Below, piece after piece: positions 9,591 to 19,043 of a stretch of 64,000 bases of DNA. Under the pieces are notes generated by a model. The model worked only from the letters and a program-made list of their open reading frames with translations. It was not told where the DNA came from and ran no database searches. The translations under genes were made by a program, and so were the position numbers. How positions within the stretch are numbered: the first letter of the stretch is position 1; every line of letters starts with the position of its first letter. Origin of the DNA: an uncultured delta proteobacterium (GTDB taxonomy: Bacteria > Myxococcota > Kuafuiibacteriia > Kuafuiibacteriales > Kuafuiibacteriaceae); contig CAWDML010000001.1 in the NCBI GenBank assembly GCA_963803435.1, forward strand, positions 1,536,001 through 1,600,000, in the 5' to 3' direction.

Positions 9591-10259
9591 TCACCGCACG
9601 CGGAGCTCGCGCAGCTCGTAGCGGGCGCCGGCCTCGACCGCGTCCGCCACGTCGCCGTCGACGGAGCCCGAGGGCGCCGGGATCGACGCGGCTGAGGACA
9701 GCCAGAGGATCTCGTAGGTCCCTGGAGTGTCGAAGCGCAGCTCGAGCGTGGTCGTGTGCCCGTCGGCCCAGCAGTCGCCGGCGCCGGGACAGCGTGCCAC
9801 CAGGAGCGAGCGATCGCGGTAGACGCGCAGATCGTGGTTCGCGGCCCCCGACTGGGCCTCGACCTGCAGGCGCTCGCCTGCCGCCGCGTCGCCGGACCGG
9901 ACCACACCGTCCCCGGCGCGCACCCGGTACTCGAGGCTCACCGTCACCGGCGCGCGCAGGAGGAACGCGACCAGCAGACCCGCGGCCAGCGCGAGCGGCA
10001 GCGCCACCGCCGCCGCCTTGCGGAGACGGGACGGTGCGCGCGGCGGCGTCTCGCCTCGCTCCACCGCCGCCCACAGGCGCTCGCTGGCCGATGCCGACAG
10101 CGCGTGGCGATCACTCAGGCGCGAGAGATCGCCCGCCAGCTTTCGGTTCGCCTCCAGGTTCGCCCGACACTCGGCGCACGACTCCACGTGGGCGCGCGCT
10201 TCGGCGTCGAGATCGTCGTCGTCGATCCAGCCGTCGCGGTCGAAGCGATCGCACGCCAT
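9591..10259 (-). CDS. Anti-sigma factor (zf-HC2 zinc finger, TM helix, extracytoplasmic beta domain)
   Basis: MAC...AHVESCAEC (HxxxCxxC); TM segment AAAVALPLALAAGLLVAFLL; ATG overlaps the sigma-factor stop. Confidence 0.82.
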   Translation of the reverse strand: MACDRFDRDGWIDDDDLDAEARAHVESCAECRANLEANRKLAGDLSRLSDRHALSASASERLWAAVERGETPPRAPSRLRKAAAVALPLALAAGLLVAFLLRAPVTVSLEYRVRAGDGVVRSGDAAAGERLQVEAQSGAANHDLRVYRDRSLLVARCPGAGDCWADGHTTTLELRFDTPGTYEILWLSSAASIPAPSGSVDGDVADAVEAGARYELRELRVR

Positions 10260-10849
10260 CACGCGCCCTCCCCTTCGACACACTTGCGCAGCACCGGCAT
10301 CGCGCGGGACACCCGGGCCCGCAGCGTCGCGGGCTTCTCGCCGCAGACCTCCGACATCTCCTGGTACGAGAAGCCCTGGGCATACCTGAGCAGCACCGCG
10401 GCGCGGGCCTCGGGCGCGAGCGCCCGCACGCAGCGTTCGAGCGCGCTGAGACGTTCGCGATCGCCCAGCCGATCCTCAGGCGACGCACCGACGTCTTCGG
10501 CTTCGGGCGCCACCGCGGTGAGCGTGAACCGCTTCTGTCGCCGGCGCCGCGCCCGGAGCTCGTCGAGGCAGCGGTGGCGGGCGATCCGGTAGAGCCAGGT
10601 CTTGAGGCTCGAGCGCCCGGAGAAGCGATCGAGATCGCGGAAGGCCTGAAGGAACGTGGTCTGCCAGACGTCGTGGGCCGCGTCGTCGTCGTCGATCATC
10701 GCCCGGAGATAGCGATAGATCGCGACCCCGTAGAGACGTTCGAGCTCCGCGAGCGCGGCGCGCGCGTCCTTCGCCTCGACCGCGGCGCGGACGTCGACCT
10801 CGACATCGCCGGGGCTCGAGACGGGAGACGCAGCGGTCGCGCGGGTCAC
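10259..10849 (-). CDS. ECF (sigma-70 group 4) RNA polymerase sigma factor
   Basis: Region 2: DAAHDVWQTTFLQAFRDLDRF...LKTWLYRIARHRCLD. Region 4: LLRYAQGFSYQEMSEVCG...TLRARVSRA. Confidence 0.92.
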   Translation of the reverse strand: MTRATAASPVSSPGDVEVDVRAAVEAKDARAALAELERLYGVAIYRYLRAMIDDDDAAHDVWQTTFLQAFRDLDRFSGRSSLKTWLYRIARHRCLDELRARRRRQKRFTLTAVAPEAEDVGASPEDRLGDRERLSALERCVRALAPEARAAVLLRYAQGFSYQEMSEVCGEKPATLRARVSRAMPVLRKCVEGEGA

Positions 10850-10874
10850 GCCGCCCGAGGGTAGCCGACCGCGC

Positions 10875-11492
10875 TCACTCGGTCACGGCCGTCGAGGACT
10901 TGATCCACGATCGGTGCGCGTCGATCCGCGTGAACACCGATCGCCCGGGCCCCTGCGCGCCGGTGGTGCGCCAGGAGGCGATCCCGATCAGCGCGCCGAG
11001 CTCGCTGAAGAGCGGGCCCCCGGAGTCGCCCGGGCGCGTCACCGCCTCCGTCAGGATCTCCTGCGGCTCGAGGTGCGCGACCCGCACCCGCACCGCGCCC
11101 GACCGTGCGAAGAGGACCACCGCTCGGCCGGCGTCCTCGGCCCGACCGAGCGGCGGCGGCGGCGACACGGTCACCGGCCCAGCGACCCGGAGGAGCGCCA
11201 GATCCGCTCCGTGGAGCCCGCGGAGACCGTCGTAGCGCCCGCCCAGCGCGATCGCCCGCTCCACCGCGCTCGCGCCCACCTCGCCCCGGACCCGAAAGCG
11301 AGCGGCCGGCTCCACCCCGTCCGCCGACCGATCGCGCACGCAGTGCTTCGCGGTGACGACCCAGCGGTCGGCGATGGTCGCGCCCAGGCACCAGGGCTCA
11401 CCGTCGCGATCGATCGCCACCACCGCACCGGCCTGATCCGGGCCGGCGGAGGCGCAGGCCGCCAAAACCAAGACCGCGATCCGCGCGCTCAT
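10875..11492 (-). CDS. Trypsin-like (S1) serine protease, lipoprotein
   Basis: Catalytic triad motifs VVTAKHC, DLALL and GDSGGPL; signal MSARIAVLVLAAC. Confidence 0.88.
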   Translation of the reverse strand: MSARIAVLVLAACASAGPDQAGAVVAIDRDGEPWCLGATIADRWVVTAKHCVRDRSADGVEPAARFRVRGEVGASAVERAIALGGRYDGLRGLHGADLALLRVAGPVTVSPPPPLGRAEDAGRAVVLFARSGAVRVRVAHLEPQEILTEAVTRPGDSGGPLFSELGALIGIASWRTTGAQGPGRSVFTRIDAHRSWIKSSTAVTE

Positions 11493-12391
11493 CCCGGGCA
11501 GAACCGACTGTTGAGCGGGCCGTTGCCGGTGCGCCGCTCGCCGTTGACGTCCTGATCGGCGACGCGACCCCAGCCGCAGACGGCCTCGCTCTCGTACTCG
11601 ATGCAGGCGGTCGTGCCGATGCACCAGACAGCGGTCTCGATCGAGTCCTGTCCCTGGTTCGAGATGCTGGGCATCGGCCAGGAGTCGAACTCGGGATAGG
11701 TGAGCCCGGTGCGATAGACCACCGACCCGCTGGTGTACAGGTGCGTCGTGGGCAGCGCGCTGTACGTGGTGAAGCGGACGTTCGAGCCGTGCCGCGCCCA
11801 GGGAAAGGGGAACCAGGTCTTGTTGAAGAACGAGGTGAACTGCACACAGACGCCGTTGTGGCAGAGGTCCGCAGTGTTGGGCGCGGTCATCTCGCCGTCG
11901 GGCTCGAGATAGCTCGCATAGCCGTCTCCACACTCGCCGTCCGGATCCATGCAGACCTCCTCACCGGCGATGCTGACCACGCCGCGCACGCCTGCCACGT
12001 ATGCGAGGACGGGTTCGCTCACCCGGTAGCGGACGCCGAGCTCCCGGTTCTCGAAGAACGCGTCCCCGCGCTGCGTATAGCTCCCGCGGAGACCCTCGAG
12101 CTCGCCTCGATCGTTCACGATCCGCTCCACGTTCCCGAACTTCGTGGCGACGAACTCCAGCATGGAGGCCCGATCGGCGAAGGTCCGGGGCGCCTCCTGG
12201 ACGGGAAAGAACGTGCGGGAGCCGGTGGCGTCGATCGTGACGTCGGCACCACTGCGCGCGATCGCGGTCTGCTGATCCGGAGGGACAAAGCGCTCGAAGG
12301 TCTCGGGCGCGTCGATCGGCGCCGGACCGCCGCCCGAGCAGGCGGCACCGGCGAGAGAGAGTGTGGTGATGAGCAGAGGTTTGAGCTTCAT
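11489..12391 (-). CDS. Hypothetical lipoprotein
   Basis: Signal MKLKPLLITTLSLAGAAC; strong GC3 codon bias; overlapping start/stop with both neighbours. Confidence 0.7.
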   Translation of the reverse strand: MKLKPLLITTLSLAGAACSGGGPAPIDAPETFERFVPPDQQTAIARSGADVTIDATGSRTFFPVQEAPRTFADRASMLEFVATKFGNVERIVNDRGELEGLRGSYTQRGDAFFENRELGVRYRVSEPVLAYVAGVRGVVSIAGEEVCMDPDGECGDGYASYLEPDGEMTAPNTADLCHNGVCVQFTSFFNKTWFPFPWARHGSNVRFTTYSALPTTHLYTSGSVVYRTGLTYPEFDSWPMPSISNQGQDSIETAVWCIGTTACIEYESEAVCGWGRVADQDVNGERRTGNGPLNSRFCPG

Positions 12392-12918
12392 GCTCCCTTG
12401 GGCGCCGCTCGCCGTGAAACGTGACACGCGATCAGCACCGTACCGAAGAGCACGAGGGACCATCCGTAGGCGACCGCCGCCCGGATCGCGATCACCCAGG
12501 GCACGCCCACCAGCCGGCGGTGGGGAAGAAACCAGATCTCGGCGCCGACGAGCGAGAGGCAAGCGCCGATCGCCGCCAGCAGCAGGAAGGGCACCAGCAT
12601 GAACATCGTGCAGTCGAACGCGCGATCGAACGGGACCTTGGCGACCAGCTGCAGGACGAAGGCCGCCACCACCGCGCCGATGAGCCCGGCGCTCGCGCGG
12701 TCGGCGATCATCGAGATCAGCGCCCACAGCCCCATCAGCGGATCGACGCGCGTCATCAACAGCGCACGCCCGGCCTCCACCGGGGCGCACGCCGCCGACA
12801 CCACCGCGATCCAGGGGAAGATCTCCCAGGCGTGGCCCTCGTCCTGCTCCAGGAGCGCGCGCAGCGTGCTCCGCGGCCGGATCACCACGCCGCCGAGCCG
12901 CGACAGATGCCCGAGCAT
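12388..12918 (-). CDS. Yip1-like multi-pass membrane protein
   Basis: GVVIRPRSTLRAL start is typical of Yip1 domains; about 5 hydrophobic helices. Confidence 0.6.
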   Translation of the reverse strand: MLGHLSRLGGVVIRPRSTLRALLEQDEGHAWEIFPWIAVVSAACAPVEAGRALLMTRVDPLMGLWALISMIADRASAGLIGAVVAAFVLQLVAKVPFDRAFDCTMFMLVPFLLLAAIGACLSLVGAEIWFLPHRRLVGVPWVIAIRAAVAYGWSLVLFGTVLIACHVSRRAAPKGA

Positions 12919-15149
12919 CACCTTCGGCGGCGGCGGAGCACCAGGAGCGCCAGCCCGAGGAGCACGAGCGGGCTCGCATCCCCGGACGCCGTGCATCCGC
13001 CCTTCTCCCGGGTGACCGGCGGCGGCTTGGTGATGACGCCGGCGTCCGTCTCCATCGGCAGGTCGAGCTCGCACTCGTCGAGGAAGTCGATGATCTCGAC
13101 GTCGTCCACGCCCACCTCCACGGTACCGCTCGCCGTCTCGTCGTCCGCGACGAAGCGGAACTTCACGCGGTTGGTCGGCTCGACCGCATCGCGGATCCGC
13201 ATCTCGGCGCGGGTCCAGTCCTCGCTCTCGTCGAGGATCCGTCCCAGCTCGACCCAGTGCTCGCCGCCGTCGTTCGTCGCCTGAACCACCAGCGCGGTGT
13301 CGCCGCCCAGCGCGCGCGCCGGCGAGACGGAGAAGTCCATCGCGCGGCGCCAGTACCAGAACACGAGCTTGGGATCGCGGGTCTCTCGGAGCGCGAACGC
13401 CGGGCTCTCCAGCGTGGTGAAGCCGCCGTCGAGATCGTTGGCCGAGAAGCTCCCGCCCAGCGCCGAGCCGGTCTGAAAGGACAGCTTGCTCTCACCGGGC
13501 GAGTGGTCCTCGCCCAGCTGCGTGACCACGCCGAGCACCGAGGCGAACTCGGGCTCCCCCAGATCCCACTTGCCGCGCAGCGCCGTGTCCTCGCCGTCGG
13601 GATCGATCTTCCAGTCGGGCGCCTCGTCCAACGGATCCAGGCGGAGCGACTTGGTGCCCACGCCGATCGTCAGGTGGCCCTGGAAGATGGGGCCCTCCTC
13701 GGTGATGAAGCGCGCGGAGAAGCCGAGGGCGCCGCCGCACGCGACGGTCGACGAGACGGTCACCCGAAACGGCGCGGGCAGCCTCGCGATCTCCCCCTCG
13801 CCCACCGACGGCACCTCGATCGGCGATCCGGTCAGCGTCGCCACCGAGCCGATCGGCTCCAGCTCCACCATCACGTGCTGGCTGGTCCCGATCCCCTTGT
13901 TGATGATCGACAGCGTCAGGTCGAACGACTCACCGGGCGCCACCAGATCGTCGTTGCCGTCGGTGACGTCCTGGCCGGCCAGCCCGATCAGCGGCTCCGG
14001 GCAGCGCTCCGTCACCTTGGTGCACAACGCCGAGCTCGAGCGCGTCCAGATTCGCCACGACTCCGGGAAGTCGCGGGCGACGTCCTGCAGGTGCGTCAAG
14101 TGCGGCGCCCAGGAGCTGCGCGGCTCGCCGGGCGCGGTCACCAGCACCATCGCCACCCGGTAGTACGGATTCTCGGTGGCCACGGGCGGGTTGCGCGGGC
14201 CCAGCGCGCGGATCACGTCGGTGATGCTCACCGGGTGATCATCCGCCACCACGGTGGCGTTGAGCGGCACCGGCGTGACCTTGTCGAGCGGATTGCCGCC
14301 GAGCGTGGCGTCGGTGAGATAGAAGAAGTCGGGCACCTCGGTCTTGGGGATGAAGCCCATCCCATACAGATCGAGCGGCGCGAAGCCGAGGTTGGTCCCG
14401 CGATTGTGGAACATCCTCGGGCCGATCTTCTCCCAGAACTGTCCGTCCTGGACCGAACCCTCGGAGTGGGCGAGCCGGCTCCAGTGCGCGCCCATGCGTC
14501 CGATCAGATCGTCCTTCGCTCCGTTCCCATCCGCCTTGTCGAACATCATGAAGAACAACCAGCGGTGCGACAGCTCCTGCCCGATGACCGCGTGATACGT
14601 GCCGGTGATCTGGTTGAGCCCGTCGAAGCTGCCGCCGCCCCACATCAGCATGCTGTTCATGTTCGAGAAGCCGGAGAGGCGTCCCTGGTCCGGGAGGCCC
14701 CAGCCGGGGCGTCCGTTGAACGTGTCGATCCCGAGACCCGAGACCGAGTTCTTGATCGCCTGGTAGTACGCCGAGCCCGCGTTCGCCTCGTCGATGAATG
14801 AGGTATAGATCTGGATCGTGTCGAAGACGTCCGGGTACTCGGCGAGGACGCGCTGCACGATCGCGACCTGGTTGTCCTGCGTGATTCCGAAGACGCCCGG
14901 CCCGCCGATCGCGACCGTCTGATCGTCGCCCTCCACCACCAGCACCTCGCCCTCGAGCGAGAGCTTCGAGCGGTTGATCCCGATCTCCGGGATCTGCCGG
15001 ACGAAGGCCGGGTTGGGGACGAAGCCTTGGTTCGCCGCCGTGTCGTTCGCATAGATCCCCGGCGGAGGCGCTTCGCCCGTCGGCGGGGCGATCGGGGGGC
15101 TGCAGGCGAGCAGCCAGGCGGGCGCGCAGGAGAACAGCAGGCGCTTCAC
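12918..15149 (-). CDS. MYXO-CTERM surface protein with metallopeptidase-like N-domain (QExxH variant) and beta-sandwich domains
   Basis: C-terminal KGGCTASGDASPLVLLGLALLVLRRRRR; HAVIGQELSHRW...AHWS...FAPLDLYGMG zincin-like region; N-terminal signal ending LLAC. Confidence 0.72.
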   Translation of the reverse strand: MKRLLFSCAPAWLLACSPPIAPPTGEAPPPGIYANDTAANQGFVPNPAFVRQIPEIGINRSKLSLEGEVLVVEGDDQTVAIGGPGVFGITQDNQVAIVQRVLAEYPDVFDTIQIYTSFIDEANAGSAYYQAIKNSVSGLGIDTFNGRPGWGLPDQGRLSGFSNMNSMLMWGGGSFDGLNQITGTYHAVIGQELSHRWLFFMMFDKADGNGAKDDLIGRMGAHWSRLAHSEGSVQDGQFWEKIGPRMFHNRGTNLGFAPLDLYGMGFIPKTEVPDFFYLTDATLGGNPLDKVTPVPLNATVVADDHPVSITDVIRALGPRNPPVATENPYYRVAMVLVTAPGEPRSSWAPHLTHLQDVARDFPESWRIWTRSSSALCTKVTERCPEPLIGLAGQDVTDGNDDLVAPGESFDLTLSIINKGIGTSQHVMVELEPIGSVATLTGSPIEVPSVGEGEIARLPAPFRVTVSSTVACGGALGFSARFITEEGPIFQGHLTIGVGTKSLRLDPLDEAPDWKIDPDGEDTALRGKWDLGEPEFASVLGVVTQLGEDHSPGESKLSFQTGSALGGSFSANDLDGGFTTLESPAFALRETRDPKLVFWYWRRAMDFSVSPARALGGDTALVVQATNDGGEHWVELGRILDESEDWTRAEMRIRDAVEPTNRVKFRFVADDETASGTVEVGVDDVEIIDFLDECELDLPMETDAGVITKPPPVTREKGGCTASGDASPLVLLGLALLVLRRRRR

Positions 15150-15269
15150 GGCGCCCACACCGTATCCCAGGCGATCTCAGGGTTCACCTCGGGTTTTCTC
15201 GGTGAATCATGCGCCGGACAGTCCGTCTGACCGATGCCTACAGCGACAGCCTGGGTACGATGATGCCCC

Positions 15270-15884
15270 ATGGAACGGGTCGCCCTCTGTTTGGGGGTCT
15301 TGCTGCTGGCGCCCGACGCCCACGCCACCACGGTCAAGCTGATGAGCCTCCTCGAGAAGACGGAGGCCTCGCCATTGGTGGTGCACGGCGTCGTCGAGCG
15401 CGTCGAGACCGGCTGGGCCGTGTTCGGCGCGAGGGTCGAAACGCGGATCACGCTGAAGGTCCTGGAGGCGATCAAGGGCGGCGTGCCCGCCGGTGAGCGC
15501 CTCACCTTCCGGCAGGGCGGCGGCACCGTCGACGGCTTCACGCAGACGGCGCCCGGGCTCTCCACCTTCGAGGAAGGCGAAGAGGTCATCATGTTCCTCG
15601 AGCCCTACCTCGAGACCTACGTGCCGATCGGCATCGGCGTCGGGAAGTACGAGGTCCAGGTCTCGAACGGCGAGAAGTACGTCTTCCACGATCCGCACGT
15701 GGCGGCCGTCCGCTTCGACGCCACGCAGCCGATCACGATCGAGCCCTATCCAGCCATGAGGCCGGAGCCGCTGGCGCTCTTCCTCAAGCGCCTCCGCTCC
15801 TACGCCCGAGGCATCCCCACCCACGAGGTGGTCCAGCCGCGGAAGGGCGGGATCATCAAGCCGCTGATCAAGGGAGACCGGTGA
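15270..15884 (+). CDS. Secreted hypothetical protein (small beta domain, possible partner or prodomain of the downstream metalloprotease)
   Basis: Signal peptide ending AHA; VVHGVV...ITLKVLEAIKG...RQGGG...PGLSTFEEGEEVIMFL; stop overlaps the next start. Confidence 0.7.
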   Translation: MERVALCLGVLLLAPDAHATTVKLMSLLEKTEASPLVVHGVVERVETGWAVFGARVETRITLKVLEAIKGGVPAGERLTFRQGGGTVDGFTQTAPGLSTFEEGEEVIMFLEPYLETYVPIGIGVGKYEVQVSNGEKYVFHDPHVAAVRFDATQPITIEPYPAMRPEPLALFLKRLRSYARGIPTHEVVQPRKGGIIKPLIKGDR

Positions 15885-17722
15885 TGCTGTTCCACCCCGT
15901 CATCACCACCGCCCTGCTCTCGGTCGGCTGGCAGCCGACCGGGCTCCGCTGGAACGCGAACCAGTTTCCGATCCCATATTGCATCACCACGAACGCCGGG
16001 AACACGAACGTGAGCGCCGCCGGGCAACGCTCGGCGGTCGAGGCCGCGATCCGCTCCTGGATCAACACGAACAACGGCGGCGGCCTCTCTTGCAGCACCT
16101 ACAACGCGGCCCCCGCCGGCTTCTCCTGCTCCGTCGGCGTGAACACGAACGACGGTCATCAGAACATCTTCTGGACCACCAACTGGACCAACGGCTCCAG
16201 CGCCATCGGCGTGACCTGGTCCACCGGCAACGGCCAGGGCTGCGGCAACGTCACCGACGACACCGGGCAGTTCAGCCAGCTCGGCTGCAAGTACGACTCG
16301 GACATCGAGTTCAACGATCGCGACTTCTTCTGGACCACCAACGGCAGCGGTACCGACATCCAGTCCATCGCGGTGCACGAGTACGGGCACTTCATCGGGC
16401 TCGATCACTGCACCAACAACGGCACCTGCCAGGTGGGCACCGGCATCATGGCGGCCGCGTATCCCGGCGGTCTGATCCGCTCGCTCTTCAACGACGACGT
16501 CCAGGGCGGCTGCGCGCTCTACCCCGGCACCCCGGGCGGGGTCGGCTGGCCGTGCGGGGCCGCCAACCAGTGCACCTCGAACATCTGCGTCAACCCGGGC
16601 ACCACCGGCTACTGCAGCCAGACCTGCGGCACCTGCCCGCAGGGCTTCATCTGCGACGCCAACCCCCAGAACCCGGGCCAGATGGTCTGCGTGCGGGACG
16701 ACGGCCTCAACAAGGATCAGTGCGAGGTCTGCCAGATCGGCCTGCCGGGCGCGTGCGCGAGCAACGGCATCTGCGTCCGCGGCCTCCCCAGCAACAACGA
16801 GGGCCGCTGCGTCGAGCCGTGCGCCGGCACCACCTGCGACACGAACTACCAGTGCCTGACCGTCCAGTTCCAGGACGGAAGCACGGACGACTACTGCTTC
16901 CCACGATCGAACGACTGCAACGACCCCGGCAACTTCACCGAGCTCCAGCTCGGCCAGAACTGCACCGGCAACCCGCCTTGCGCCGCGAATCTCGAGTGCG
17001 TCGGCACCAGCAACTCGGGCATCTGCGCGCCCGAGTGCACCGGCAACCCCGGTGCGTGCCCGCAGTCCTGGGCGTGCGCCGACTTCCAGGGCGGGCAGTC
17101 GTTCTGCCTGCCGTCGGTGAACGAGGGTCAGTCGTGCGAGGGCCTGGTCGCGTGCAGCGTCGGGCCCTGCCTCATCACGACGCAGGGCGGCGCTGCCACC
17201 TGCTTCCGCGACTGCGATGGCAACGCGGGCGCCTGCAACAACGCTCAGGCCTGCAACACGTACAGCCTGCAGGGTGGAGGCTCGGTCTCGATCTGCGAGC
17301 CGCCCGGCGTCCCGCCGAACCCGCCCGATGCCGGCGTGATCTTCCCGGACGCCAGCGTCATGCCCGGCGACGACGCGGGCATGGTGGGGGACAAGGACGC
17401 CAGCGTGACCCCGCAGGACGACGGCGGGACCGTGACCACCCCGGACGCCGGGCAAAACCCGGAGAGCTGCGACTGCGACCTCACGTTCGCCTGCGACCCG
17501 AACTGTGGACAGTGCGATCCGGAGTGCAACTGCGCGTGCGATCTGACCACCGCATGCGATCCCGGATGCGGAGCCTGTGATCCGGAGTGTCTGAACGGCG
17601 TCGATCCGAGGGGCACCGGCTGCTCGGGTTGCACCAGCACCGAGGCGCCGGTTGACCCGTCCTTCTCACTGGGATTGGCGGCGCTGCTCGCCGGCCTGTT
17701 CCTCACCCGCAAGCGGCGGTAG
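15881..17722 (+). CDS. Matrixin (M10-like) metalloprotease with Cys-rich repeats and MYXO-CTERM
   Basis: DSDIEFN...DIQSIAVHEYGHFIGLDH...IM...DDVQG; long Cys-rich region; tail GCSGC...LGLAALLAGLFLTRKRR. Confidence 0.88.
   Translation: MMLFHPVITTALLSVGWQPTGLRWNANQFPIPYCITTNAGNTNVSAAGQRSAVEAAIRSWINTNNGGGLSCSTYNAAPAGFSCSVGVNTNDGHQNIFWTTNWTNGSSAIGVTWSTGNGQGCGNVTDDTGQFSQLGCKYDSDIEFNDRDFFWTTNGSGTDIQSIAVHEYGHFIGLDHCTNNGTCQVGTGIMAAAYPGGLIRSLFNDDVQGGCALYPGTPGGVGWPCGAANQCTSNICVNPGTTGYCSQTCGTCPQGFICDANPQNPGQMVCVRDDGLNKDQCEVCQIGLPGACASNGICVRGLPSNNEGRCVEPCAGTTCDTNYQCLTVQFQDGSTDDYCFPRSNDCNDPGNFTELQLGQNCTGNPPCAANLECVGTSNSGICAPECTGNPGACPQSWACADFQGGQSFCLPSVNEGQSCEGLVACSVGPCLITTQGGAATCFRDCDGNAGACNNAQACNTYSLQGGGSVSICEPPGVPPNPPDAGVIFPDASVMPGDDAGMVGDKDASVTPQDDGGTVTTPDAGQNPESCDCDLTFACDPNCGQCDPECNCACDLTTACDPGCGACDPECLNGVDPRGTGCSGCTSTEAPVDPSFSLGLAALLAGLFLTRKRR
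17468..17590 (+). repeat. Two tandem ~20-aa Cys repeats in the matrixin stalk
   Basis: CDCDLTFACDPNCGQCDPEC followed by CACDLTTACDPGCGACDPEC. Confidence 0.75.
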
Positions 17723-17731
17723 ATTCGAAGG

Positions 17732-19042
17732 GTGTCCTCGCCGGCGGAGATACCGCACGCAGACGAGGCGCTGAAATCCCTCGTTGCGCGCTTCCAAGCG
17801 GATCCCGCGGAGGCCTTCATCGAGCTCTGCGCCGCGCTGCTCGCCCGTGGCCACGCCTCGGAGGCTCTCCGGGTCGCGGAGCACGGGCTCCAGATGGAGC
17901 CGACCAGCGTCGAGGGCCGGATCGAGCGGGCGGCCTCGCTGCTCGCGCTCGGCCGGCCTCGCGTCGCTTACGTCGAGCTCCGGCGCGCCCTCGCCATCGA
18001 TCCGAGCCACCGCCGCGCGATGCGCCTCCTCGGGAAGGCGTTCGTCGACGCGGGGGCCCCGACCCGCGCCGCCGACCTGCTGGCGAAGCGCTCGATGAAC
18101 GAGGACTCCGAGGACACCAGGTCGGACACGGCGAAGACACCGCCGCCGAAGGTCGCCAAGCCTCGCCTCCCGCCGCCCTCCGCCGACACGAAGCCGCTCC
18201 AGGCGGCCCGCAGCACCACGGAGCCACGCGGACAGAGCATCCCGGATCTGTTCTCGGCCTTGACCAAGGACCTTGGCCTCGGCGGCGCGGTCCCGGAGGC
18301 GCCCGTCCGGCGCGTCGAGGTCACGCAGATCATCCGCAGGAAGGGGCTTCCGCGGGCGCCCCGCTCGGCCAGCGAGCTGGTCGCGATCGAGGGACCGATC
18401 GTCGACACCACCCAACCGGGCCACCTGATCGAGGCCCAGGGCGTCGACGAGATGGACGCGATCGCGCCGCCGATCGCCGAGCCGCTCTTCGATCGCGCCA
18501 CCACCGATCAGTTCTCGATCGCCGGCTTCACGCTGGGTGACGACGAGCCGCTCTTCCAGGACGACATGCCGTTCGAGGTCCGCCCGGTCGATGCGGACGA
18601 GCCCGCCTCCCGTGCGCCCACCGTGCCGACCGGCAAGCCGCCGGCGCGGATGACCCGCGTGGATCCCGCGGGCGAGGCCGGTGACACGGTCGTCGACGTC
18701 GTCGAGGAGATGTCGGGCCCGCTCGAGGAGTTGCGACCCAACAGCCCGGCGCCGCTCAACTTCGACGAGGAGGCCACCCCGCTGTCGCCGCTGCCGGTGG
18801 TCGAGAAGAAGCGGCCGCAGGCGGCCGAGAGCCCGCGGCTCGAGGTCATCGATCCCAAGCCCAAGCAGGCGCACGTGGCCATGGCCATCGCCGGCGCGCT
18901 GGCGATCGTGCTCTATGCGGTCGGCCTGTTGTGGGCCTCCTACGACACGATGAAGCCCTGGTTCCCGCACGGGAGCGACTCGTCCGCGCAGGAGCAGCAG
19001 AGCGCGGATGGAAGCGGCAACGCCACCGCGCGTGTTCCTTGA
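17732..19042 (+). CDS. TPR protein with disordered linker and C-terminal TM helix
   Basis: N-terminal TPR ([23 protein letters not shown]); Pro-rich middle; TM segment [20 protein letters not shown]. Confidence 0.72.
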   Translation: MSSPAEIPHADEALKSLVARFQADPAEAFIELCAALLARGHASEALRVAEHGLQMEPTSVEGRIERAASLLALGRPRVAYVELRRALAIDPSHRRAMRLLGKAFVDAGAPTRAADLLAKRSMNEDSEDTRSDTAKTPPPKVAKPRLPPPSADTKPLQAARSTTEPRGQSIPDLFSALTKDLGLGGAVPEAPVRRVEVTQIIRRKGLPRAPRSASELVAIEGPIVDTTQPGHLIEAQGVDEMDAIAPPIAEPLFDRATTDQFSIAGFTLGDDEPLFQDDMPFEVRPVDADEPASRAPTVPTGKPPARMTRVDPAGEAGDTVVDVVEEMSGPLEELRPNSPAPLNFDEEATPLSPLPVVEKKRPQAAESPRLEVIDPKPKQAHVAMAIAGALAIVLYAVGLLWASYDTMKPWFPHGSDSSAQEQQSADGSGNATARVP

Positions 19043-19043
19043 C

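Noticed and set aside
7282-10074. 930-aa minus-strand ORF and many other long antisense or alternative-frame ORFs
   Set aside because: Arg/Gly/Ala-rich shadow frames expected at high GC; they overlap well-supported genes and have no motifs.
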